Shown: in pieces, positions 56,094 through 64,000 of the stretch
Numbering within the stretch: the first letter of the stretch is position 1
Layout: every line of letters begins with the position of its first letter
Source of the DNA: Candidatus Ozemobacteraceae bacterium
GTDB taxonomy: Bacteria > Muiribacteriota > Ozemobacteria > Ozemobacterales > Ozemobacteraceae
Direction: 5' to 3'
NCBI GenBank assembly: GCA_965140445.1
Contig: OZ223236.1
Location: forward strand, 768,001-832,000
Length of the DNA: 64,000 nucleotides
Made by a program: the position numbers and the translations under genes
The notes under the pieces: model-generated
Seen by the model: the letters and a program-made list of their open reading frames with translations, nothing else
What the model was told of the DNA's origin: nothing
Database searches by the model: none

Positions 56094-58607
56094 ATGAAAT
56101 TTTCAAAAAATAGTAAAAGGCTATTATCGCTTTTGATTTCTGTTTTATTTCTTCTAGAACCGGTTTTTATCCCGGTAATTCGCGCAGGTGATCTGCCTGT
56201 TCCTCCTATTAACACACAGGGAGTAGATGGAATTGTAAGCTTGGAAGAAATTGTTGCGCCCGCAGATTATCTCGATTATATGCTCACTTTACGCGGTCGA
56301 ACAAAAGAAGAAGCAGAGGCGCGCGCATGGGGAGAGTGGATGATGACTCTTTCATCTGCTTATATGCAAATGGACGATGGAGCCAGCGATGTTTTCAGCT
56401 TCTATACTGCGTTAAGTTTGTTTAAAGATAACAGAACAGCTTTTAAAGACATGGTAGATACCATGAAATTTGTTTCAAAACAGGCTACACTTCTTTTTGC
56501 ATTTATAGGCAAAACCAATGTGGCGGCCAGATCAGGGAATCTTATTGAAGGATTTGTAAAGATGTCCCGCCTGTCGCAAAAGGCTCAGAATTTTATAAAA
56601 AACAATAAAGTATTAAACTTCATGGAGTTCATGGCACCTCCACCATGCTGGAATAATCCGAAAGTTGCCGGAGAAGGTTTTAAATCCTATTGGCGATGGT
56701 TTCGAAAAAAAACAGTTAGTCCTACCGGCAAGGGACTTGGACCTGGAAAATATATTTCTGATTCTAAAGGAATAGCCCAAAGTATTGGTATCGGGCTGGT
56801 TATATTTGGACTGGCAGTTGATTCATACGGTATTCTTACTTCTGAAGACAGAATGGGAGAGCGATATTTTTCATACTCACTGGTAAAGAATTATGTTGGT
56901 CTTCTCCTGGGTCTTGGGTCGCTGATTGCAATGTTTTGTGTCCCAATAGTTGGCCAGGTTGTAATGATTGCCACGGGTATATGGCTCTTTGCCATTGGGG
57001 TAGGGGATCTGGTTGGTAGCTATAATAGGCGATGGAAAGAAGCTTACAAAAATTCATATTTTTACTTATATGAGAATGATCCGGAGTTTAAATCATTTTA
57101 TGATAATCGTGATTCATTAGATGATGAAGAAAGAGCGGCTTCTTTATTAATTGTTTTGCAAAAGTTTGGCTCTTTTATGGCTGAGGAGGCTGTTGGATCT
57201 TCAGAACAAGACCAGGAGATTGCCAAAAAAAATAAACGTGTTTTTGAAGAATTGGAAAAACAAGGGGTTCTGGCTAGTTATTACAGCCAGAAAGGTTTTA
57301 ATTTGCCAGACTTTAGCAATGAGCGTTTAAAAGCACTTTGGCAAATGAAGGCTGATTATATGTCATGGAAACCTTCTGAAGCAGAGGCTAAAAGCGAAAA
57401 GAGTGCAGGTTTCTGGGGAAAAGTTGGAAAATACATTAATCCTATGACCTACATTGGGTGGGTTGGAGATAAAATTCAGTCCAAAGATTATGAAAACGAA
57501 ATGAAGGAATATAATCTTAAAAAGGTCTTTTTTAACCCAGACTATGTCCTTGCCAAAAAATACCAAAACTATGTTGCAGCTAATAAGCTTAGAGGTGGCA
57601 TTTATGATGTTGTCGGCTTACGAATAGAGCAGGCACCTTTTAATTATATTCCGCTGGTTGATATAGAGGCAGGCAAGTGGAATAAAAAGCTTCTGGAAGA
57701 ATCCTTTGCCGCTGACAGTTTTTTTATTGGCGTAAAGGAAATGTTGTATTTTAAAGAGCAAATTAAAGCAGCAAAAGAAAAAACAGAAGCATTTGTAGAA
57801 GAAATGGATGAGACCATTAAGAAAGTTGATTCAACGGATCTACCACATACAGCAAAGATTCGCAGATTCCTTGATTTATTGGCAGAGTCATACAAAAGTG
57901 ATCCCGGGCGTAAGAATGATACGCTTGTTAAGGAAGGCCGCAAGGCGTTTGGTTGGCGCTGGAATGATGACAATGGAGACGCAACGCCAGAAAAAATAAT
58001 TAGAATCTATAGGTCGGATATTGAGCAGGCATTGCTTTATGAACCGCTTTCTATAGCTCAAAAAGCAGCTGAAACAGTGCTTTTACTTTCAAATATGAAG
58101 CAGCAGATGGATACTGCAAAAATGATGAGATCTCTCGGCCAGGAAAAACGAGAAGCATTGGCAGAGTTTTCCCAGAATATTACAAACGAAGCTTTTGTCA
58201 GATACATTAAAGAAGGCGATTTTCTCGGCGTAGAGTGGGGATTGATGGATTGGTTAGGGCAACAGTACCCTGCTTATGATGAAATGGAGAAAAGCGTAAA
58301 CCTCTATTTTAGAGAAGTTGAAGATTATACAGGAGCGGTAGACGAGGCTAATTCGCTAAGTCGGGAAAGGTTTTTATGGTTCGACAAAGAGATTACCCAT
58401 CCTAAAGAGCTTCTAAGAAAGTTGAATAATGAGCTACAAGCGTATTCAGACACCGTTGAAAAATTTGGTGAAGTTGCTGAAAGTATTGATCTTGAAGTAA
58501 AACTTTACGAAGATCAGGACTTTGCCAATAAGGTTTTTACTGAGTTTAAGCTTGGATATGATCTTGAGGCGATAGATCTTGATCAGCCTGTTCAGCAGAA
58601 TAACTAA
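56094..58607 (+). CDS. Large secreted protein, paralog B of 53258..55984
   Basis: Shared blocks LRGRT.EEAEA, YFSYSLVKNYVGL, LWQMKADYMSWKP, KVFFNPDYVL, FGWRWNDDNG, RFLWFDKE. Confidence 0.8.
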   Translation: MKFSKNSKRLLSLLISVLFLLEPVFIPVIRAGDLPVPPINTQGVDGIVSLEEIVAPADYLDYMLTLRGRTKEEAEARAWGEWMMTLSSAYMQMDDGASDVFSFYTALSLFKDNRTAFKDMVDTMKFVSKQATLLFAFIGKTNVAARSGNLIEGFVKMSRLSQKAQNFIKNNKVLNFMEFMAPPPCWNNPKVAGEGFKSYWRWFRKKTVSPTGKGLGPGKYISDSKGIAQSIGIGLVIFGLAVDSYGILTSEDRMGERYFSYSLVKNYVGLLLGLGSLIAMFCVPIVGQVVMIATGIWLFAIGVGDLVGSYNRRWKEAYKNSYFYLYENDPEFKSFYDNRDSLDDEERAASLLIVLQKFGSFMAEEAVGSSEQDQEIAKKNKRVFEELEKQGVLASYYSQKGFNLPDFSNERLKALWQMKADYMSWKPSEAEAKSEKSAGFWGKVGKYINPMTYIGWVGDKIQSKDYENEMKEYNLKKVFFNPDYVLAKKYQNYVAANKLRGGIYDVVGLRIEQAPFNYIPLVDIEAGKWNKKLLEESFAADSFFIGVKEMLYFKEQIKAAKEKTEAFVEEMDETIKKVDSTDLPHTAKIRRFLDLLAESYKSDPGRKNDTLVKEGRKAFGWRWNDDNGDATPEKIIRIYRSDIEQALLYEPLSIAQKAAETVLLLSNMKQQMDTAKMMRSLGQEKREALAEFSQNITNEAFVRYIKEGDFLGVEWGLMDWLGQQYPAYDEMEKSVNLYFREVEDYTGAVDEANSLSRERFLWFDKEITHPKELLRKLNNELQAYSDTVEKFGEVAESIDLEVKLYEDQDFANKVFTEFKLGYDLEAIDLDQPVQQNN

Positions 58608-58612
58608 TCCAA

Positions 58613-59473
58613 ATGGAAAAAGGGTTAAGCAAAGAAGTTTCCTCCATCGTCAATCGCTTTGTAAATGAATGCAACCATAAATTTCCAAATCTTTTTTTGG
58701 ATTTTTACGTCTGTGGAAGTCAAATTGATGGGAGTGCAAACTCCAATAGTGATCTGGATATGATTCTGGTTACTGATGCCAGGGCTTCCAAAGAGGTCCA
58801 GGAAAAATTTGACAGATTCTTTACAGATTTTAATACTGACCTTTCTCCACAAATAGGATTGGTTGTTTTTGAGCTTAATTCTCTTGATAAACTTGCTGGT
58901 TATGCAAAGAATGCTCTGCACATTGACGGTCAGAACTGTTTTGCTGGGATTCCTGTTTTTACAGTAGAAGAAACCATTGAAAAGTTTATTTATGGGAGCT
59001 TTAAGTTTATAGGTAAATTTTTAAGAAAAAATTCTTCTGATCTGGCATTTCCAGTTGTTTTGCCTGACAAAAACGATCGTTTTTTTGGTTATACGCTCAA
59101 AGATGAGGCCTATGGGACAAGTAGTAAGCTTTTGGTCAGTGCTATTGCAAGGTTTTGTGGTACTTTTATTGCTTTAAATTATTCCAGGCAGCCAATTAGC
59201 AAACGGGATAGTATTGAAACTTTTGCCAAATGTTCCTCTTCAGAATTTGCCCCCTGGTGTCTGGGTACTTATAAACTTCTTGCCAGAAAATGGGAGTATC
59301 AGGTTCCGACAGATGAAAAGGATTTTGAAGTCTTTCAAGGGATTCTGAAAAGGTTTAATGAGTTTGAAAACTTCTTTTTGACCCAGATTATTGATTACAG
59401 AAACCAGCTTCCAGACGATAAAAGAGAAAGCGACTGGCTAAAGGAATGCCAAAAGTTAGTTAAATTACCTTGA
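58613..59473 (+). CDS. Pol-beta superfamily nucleotidyltransferase with helical C-terminal domain
   Basis: YVCGSQIDGSANSNSDLDMILV (GS...DxD). Confidence 0.8.
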   Translation: MEKGLSKEVSSIVNRFVNECNHKFPNLFLDFYVCGSQIDGSANSNSDLDMILVTDARASKEVQEKFDRFFTDFNTDLSPQIGLVVFELNSLDKLAGYAKNALHIDGQNCFAGIPVFTVEETIEKFIYGSFKFIGKFLRKNSSDLAFPVVLPDKNDRFFGYTLKDEAYGTSSKLLVSAIARFCGTFIALNYSRQPISKRDSIETFAKCSSSEFAPWCLGTYKLLARKWEYQVPTDEKDFEVFQGILKRFNEFENFFLTQIIDYRNQLPDDKRESDWLKECQKLVKLP

Positions 59474-59493
59474 ATTCTATTAAGGTTTTATTC

Positions 59494-60180
59494 CTAGAAT
59501 CTTCGCAAAAGTGGCCAGATTGTTAGGTTGAAGCCATTTCTTATTCGGAATTCATCTCCTGCGTCTCCAAGATCAGTTCCATATTTGTAATCATCTGCAA
59601 ATCTATAGGTAGCTCGAAGGTAGAATGGAATTGTTCTTTTTCTGCCTTTATAAGAAAAATCTATTTTTAAAACTCTCTGTGCCAAAGCTATTGAAGCCGA
59701 ATGGATAAATTTCGATTTTATCAAACCGCCCCGGGAAGCCACATATTGCTTAAGAGAGGAATTTGGACTAAACCAGTTTCCGTCATAACCCAATGTGTAA
59801 AAGAATTTTTTACTTAAATGGTGAGTGAATTTTAGCTGAAGTTGAGAGTAGTCCAATTTATTACTGTCATCCAGATCCTTAAATTTCAGGGGGAGATATG
59901 AAACATTGGAATTTAAGGTTTTATTTTTTCCTAAAGCTTTTTGATATGTCACTTTAGGACCAATTGAAAATTTATAGCCCTTATTGAATTTAAATGCCAC
60001 TCCTGGCTTTATTTTGTCATCCCAGTTTCTTTTTTTACCAAAACCCAAAAAAGAAAAAATGCTTTTCTCGGATTTTTCTAATCTTGTAGTATTTGATGCA
60101 GTTTCATTATTCTGTGCATATGAGACTGACAAAATCAATGAAAAAGCAAAACAAAGGCTAAGTAGACTGGGAATTCTCAT
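59494..60180 (-). CDS. Exported hypothetical protein, possible outer-membrane beta-barrel
   Basis: Signal peptide, amphipathic aromatic-rich strands, C-terminal Phe. Confidence 0.55.
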   Translation of the reverse strand: MRIPSLLSLCFAFSLILSVSYAQNNETASNTTRLEKSEKSIFSFLGFGKKRNWDDKIKPGVAFKFNKGYKFSIGPKVTYQKALGKNKTLNSNVSYLPLKFKDLDDSNKLDYSQLQLKFTHHLSKKFFYTLGYDGNWFSPNSSLKQYVASRGGLIKSKFIHSASIALAQRVLKIDFSYKGRKRTIPFYLRATYRFADDYKYGTDLGDAGDEFRIRNGFNLTIWPLLRRF

Positions 60181-60324
60181 TTTTACCAACTTTAAAATTA
60201 TAATTTTAAGTATTATCGCTTTAAAGGCTGGTTTTTGTTAGGTGTTTCTTGTAAAGAAATGAAAACCTGTTTGATTTTATTGTTTAGGAAACTAATGATA
60301 GAGCTATTTAGTTACTCTGTCTGG

Positions 60325-61596
60325 CTATAGGTTTTCTAATGTGCTTTGCAATACTTTTTTAACCTCTGGGTCCGGGTCATCAATTGAATCCTGAAGAATT
60401 ACTTTTACACGATTTTTAAAATCAGAGAATTGCCCAAGGGAGCGGATTGCTATAATTCTAACGTCTGGATCTGAGTCATACAACAGGTCTTCTAAAGCGT
60501 GAAGCCCCTTGTCTCCCAGTGAGATAAGTTTTTCTGTAGCTTCTGCTTTTTCTTGAATACTCCCAATTAGAAGCTTGTCTACAACCGTGTCGATGTTACC
60601 TTTAAATTCTCTTTTGGCCTTTTGGGCTTCTGCTAGCTCAATATCTCTCTCATCTACTATTGGAGCCACCTTATTAGGCTCTTGTTGGCCTGAGAGGGCA
60701 GTTGGAACCGGACGAGGTTCTGTTTGCGGTTGGGAGGTTGTCGATGTATCTTCTAACTTTGTTTCGAGTGGTTGGGTTGGTTTATTCCAGTTTTTGTCTG
60801 TTCTTATTGGAATAATTGGGCTAATTGTTTCGGTTACCGGGGAATTCTGCTTTTCTTCTTTAGCTGCAATTTTTATAGCAGGTTTAACTTTTTCGGGAGC
60901 AACTGGAACAGGTCTGATTGCCGGCTTTGTTTTCCTTGCTTGTTCAACCTTTTGCCTTCTCGGTGTCTCTGAAGCAAACTTGTTTTGCCGGGCTATTTCT
61001 CCCAATTTTTTTATGGCAGGCTGATAATTTGGATCTAATTCAACGGCCTTTTTATAAGCTTTAATAGCATCTTTTGTTCGACCTCTGGAAAGATATATAT
61101 CGCCCAATATTTTGCGAGGGGCTGGACTTGCGGGAGCAAGTTTTGCTGCTTTAATAAGGTTTTGTGACGCTTTGCCCATAGCCTTTTTTTCAAAATACAG
61201 CATGGTCAAAAGGCAATAAAACTCACTTATGGTTTCCAGGTTTTCAGATTCGTTTTCCAGTAATTCCAAGCCAGGCTCTAATAGTTCTATTGCCCGATCA
61301 TTCAATTTTAAATCCGCGTATATTGACCCAAGCTCCAAATAAGCAGCCGCTGCATTTGAATCTATTTCCATGATTTTCCAGTAAAGGTCTATCGCTTCTT
61401 TTGTTTGTCCTTTATTGGATAACTTTCTCGCTTTGGAAAGAAGGGATTTAACTTTCTTTTTCATCTTTTTTTCAGTTTCGCTGCCAGCTAATACTCTTGG
61501 TCTGGCATTGGCTACAGAAATTAATGATGGGGTAAAACCTGGAAGAAGCGTAGAAATTACTAACAATAAAATAGCTTTTCTTTTAAAAAATTCCAT
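60325..61596 (-). CDS. Exported TPR protein with Pro-rich linker and C-terminal HEAT repeats
   Basis: Signal peptide, four TPRs, DSDPDVRIIAIRSLG and DPDPEVK. Confidence 0.85.
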   Translation of the reverse strand: MEFFKRKAILLLVISTLLPGFTPSLISVANARPRVLAGSETEKKMKKKVKSLLSKARKLSNKGQTKEAIDLYWKIMEIDSNAAAAYLELGSIYADLKLNDRAIELLEPGLELLENESENLETISEFYCLLTMLYFEKKAMGKASQNLIKAAKLAPASPAPRKILGDIYLSRGRTKDAIKAYKKAVELDPNYQPAIKKLGEIARQNKFASETPRRQKVEQARKTKPAIRPVPVAPEKVKPAIKIAAKEEKQNSPVTETISPIIPIRTDKNWNKPTQPLETKLEDTSTTSQPQTEPRPVPTALSGQQEPNKVAPIVDERDIELAEAQKAKREFKGNIDTVVDKLLIGSIQEKAEATEKLISLGDKGLHALEDLLYDSDPDVRIIAIRSLGQFSDFKNRVKVILQDSIDDPDPEVKKVLQSTLENL

Positions 61597-61833
61597 CTTC
61601 TCACCCCAGATTTAAAATTTCTTTTGGATTAAAACAAATAATAACATGAAAATTACGACCTTTAAAATTATAGGTTAGTAAAACTAATAGAATTTAATTA
61701 TGCGATGCAAATTGCAAAAAATAAGCATATATTAGATTAAGTGGCTACTCAAATCGCTATAGATACAAAATAATTTGTCTGAAAATAGATAAAAGAATGC
61801 GGCCCAAAACCGGGTCGGTTTTAAAGGGAAAAA

Positions 61834-62991
61834 ATGTTTAAAAGCCAGCACAAGTTAAAGCTTATTTTAGCTGTAGGATTTCTATTGATAGTAGGCTTCC
61901 TGGTGACAAGTCTAAGCAGTTTCTTTGTTTCACGATCCTCCTTGAGAAGTGAAATTTTGCTCAATGAACTGCCTTTAACAAGTGATAATATTTATTCGGA
62001 AATTCAGCGTGATCTTCTTCGCCCTATTTTCATTTCATCGCTTATGGCAAATGATACCTTTTTAAGAGACTGGGTTATTGCTGGAGAGCAAGGCGAGGAT
62101 CAAATTACGAGATATCTCAAAGAGATTCAAGATAAATACAAAATGTTTACCAGTTTTTTTGTCTCAGAAAAAACCAGAAATTATTATCATGCAGGAAAAT
62201 TGCTCAAGAAAGTCTCGCCAGATTCTGATAGGGATAAGTGGTATTTCAGGGTTAGAGAGCTTGAAGAAGATTATGAAATAAATGTTGATCCTGACTTAGC
62301 CAATAAGGACGCCATGACTATTTTTATCAATTACAGAGTCTTTGATTATAATAAAAACTATATTGGGGCAATTGGTGTTGGTCTGACGGTAAGTGCGGTT
62401 AAAGAACTTATCGAAGTTTATCAAAAGAAATATAACAGAGTTATATACTTTGTTGATTCGAAGGGGCAGGTTCAGGTTGCCGGGTCACAATTTGACAAGT
62501 CTGTAAAAAACATATCTCAATTTAGTTTTTTCAATGAATTTAAATCTTGTCTTGAAAACAAAAAAGATAAATCTTTTACTTATGAAAAAAACGGGCACGT
62601 AATACATACAAATGCCAGATATATTGAAGAATTTGGATGGCATTTGATGGTGGAACAGTCAGAGCAAAAAGCTTTGCAGCAAATTTCCAGGACTCTCATA
62701 ATGAATTTGGGAGTTTGTATCCTTGTTACCCTGGTGATATTGTTTTTAGTTAATTTTTCGGTTAATAGATACCAGGATAGCATTGAAACATTAAGTGGGA
62801 TTCTGCCAATCTGCTCTTTCTGTAAGCAGATACGAGATGATAAGGGATATTGGAATCGTGTGGAATCATTTTTAGCAGAGCATACAGAGGCTCAATTCAG
62901 TCACTCAATTTGCCCAAAGTGTATTGAAAAGAACTTCCCGGAAGAATACGAGGCAATGAAGGACAATGGCGATTGCCAGGATCAGTTTTAA
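61834..62991 (+). CDS. dCache-type membrane sensor with C-terminal four-Cys domain
   Basis: TM-Cache-TM ([22 protein letters not shown]); tail [17 protein letters not shown]...SHSICPKC. Confidence 0.8.
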   Translation: MFKSQHKLKLILAVGFLLIVGFLVTSLSSFFVSRSSLRSEILLNELPLTSDNIYSEIQRDLLRPIFISSLMANDTFLRDWVIAGEQGEDQITRYLKEIQDKYKMFTSFFVSEKTRNYYHAGKLLKKVSPDSDRDKWYFRVRELEEDYEINVDPDLANKDAMTIFINYRVFDYNKNYIGAIGVGLTVSAVKELIEVYQKKYNRVIYFVDSKGQVQVAGSQFDKSVKNISQFSFFNEFKSCLENKKDKSFTYEKNGHVIHTNARYIEEFGWHLMVEQSEQKALQQISRTLIMNLGVCILVTLVILFLVNFSVNRYQDSIETLSGILPICSFCKQIRDDKGYWNRVESFLAEHTEAQFSHSICPKCIEKNFPEEYEAMKDNGDCQDQF

Positions 62992-63308
62992 GCTGGGGCG
63001 GTTAGTTTCAGACCGATTATTCCGGCAATAATAAGTATTACGCTTGCGATTCTTGCTAAGCTTGCTGATTCTCCGAAAAACAGGACTCCTGCAATAACTG
63101 TCCCTACTGTGCCGATTCCGACCCAAACGCTGTATGCGGTCCCAGCTGGAAGATTTTTCATTGCCCACCCAAGTAACCATATACTGGCGATCATTGATAT
63201 GATGGTTCCTATGCTGGGCCATAAGCGGGTGAAGCCGTTGGAATGTTTTAAGCCAATTGCCCATGCTGCTTCAAAAAGGCCAGCTACAAATAGAATCATC
63301 CAATGCAT
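62988..63308 (-). CDS. gdx: SMR-family guanidinium exporter (Gdx/SugE subtype)
   Basis: [37 protein letters not shown]. Confidence 0.9.
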   Translation of the reverse strand: MHWMILFVAGLFEAAWAIGLKHSNGFTRLWPSIGTIISMIASIWLLGWAMKNLPAGTAYSVWVGIGTVGTVIAGVLFFGESASLARIASVILIIAGIIGLKLTAPA

Positions 63309-63407
63309 ATTTTATCCTTTCGGGTGGGGGGGAAGAATTGTCGAACGATTTAAGAAATGTAATTCTAGCACATAAGATTTTTTGAATCCATGCTTCAAAG
63401 TGACAGG

Positions 63408-63956
63408 CTAGTTTAAAACCAATTCAATTTGTTTTTTTAATTGCATTGAGAAGGATTCTGCAGAATCGTTATTCTGCATACTGGTATCAATTTTTGATAG
63501 AACTGATTCTAATTCAACCTTTGTTAGACTGGTATTTAATACCATTTGTTTCTTTTTGATTTTCATACTGAGAAAATCTTCCTCCCAGTCACTTTGTAAA
63601 AGAACTGCGCTAGACAATGCGTGAAGTATTTCCTTAGAGTTTTTCAACGAATTATTGATAAGTTTTTTTCTGAAAGAGGATAGTTGCAATTGGAAATCCG
63701 GAGAAAACATATCTGAATATGTGACTTCTATCCCTCGCGACAAAAGAATTTTACCGATTTTTCCGTTATCAATACTATTTAAGAGCTGCATGCCTTTGAT
63801 TACAGATAAGTTTGCTATTCTTGTTTCCAGCCACGGAATCAAATAAGAAACTTCGGTGATTGGAACCTGAAATCGGTTACAGGTCGATATCAGATGATGA
63901 GGAATTGCCATTTTTACAACGAACTGAAGGTTCATATATAACTTGTAAGAAATCAT
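63408..63956 (-). CDS. Hypothetical protein
   Basis: 182-aa ORF with no recognisable motif; start uncertain. Confidence 0.5.
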   Translation of the reverse strand: MISYKLYMNLQFVVKMAIPHHLISTCNRFQVPITEVSYLIPWLETRIANLSVIKGMQLLNSIDNGKIGKILLSRGIEVTYSDMFSPDFQLQLSSFRKKLINNSLKNSKEILHALSSAVLLQSDWEEDFLSMKIKKKQMVLNTSLTKVELESVLSKIDTSMQNNDSAESFSMQLKKQIELVLN

Positions 63957-64000
63957 TCCAATAAAAAAAAATGATACTATCAGTATGGAAAAAACGTATT

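Noticed and set aside
53258..58607. Phage tape-measure proteins
   Set aside because: Ala/Gly-rich helices are similar, but both have Sec signal peptides and there are no tail genes.
63309..63407. Guanidine riboswitch upstream of gdx
   Set aside because: No paired ACGR-loop hairpins or other guanidine riboswitch features visible in the short spacer; an Rfam scan would be needed to exclude a divergent form.

Overview
AT-rich, gene-dense bacterial chromosomal window. I found no rRNA, tRNA, CRISPR array or mobile element. Housekeeping genes (fba, gdhA, murJ, gdx/sugE, a HAD hydrolase, a NodB-type deacetylase, an NtrB/NtrC-like pair) are scattered among many exported and surface proteins. The gene content resembles what I recall of Candidatus Riflebacteria-like genomes, which is an unchecked inference. 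Main features: (1) three independent type IV minor-pilin/pseudopilin cassettes (PilX-, PilV- and PilW-like), one running into a GAF-adenylate cyclase gene; (2) an ECF sigma / zinc anti-sigma-HTH operon ending in a soluble fusion of a PilC/GspF cytoplasmic domain to a catalytically degenerate PilB/GspE ATPase; (3) three tandem secreted zincin paralogs, one with all zinc ligands lost, plus a second, unrelated pseudo-metallopeptidase; (4) two tandem ~850-900 aa secreted paralogs with a hydrophobic hairpin and coiled-coil-like C-terminus, possibly a two-component pore-former; (5) a ~1800 aa Ig-repeat protein with a T9SS-CTD/FlgD-like tail; (6) an orphan minimal flagellin; (7) a voltage-sensor/RCK channel with a non-canonical filter; (8) several apparently leaderless genes. 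All calls come from reading motifs by eye; no searches were run.
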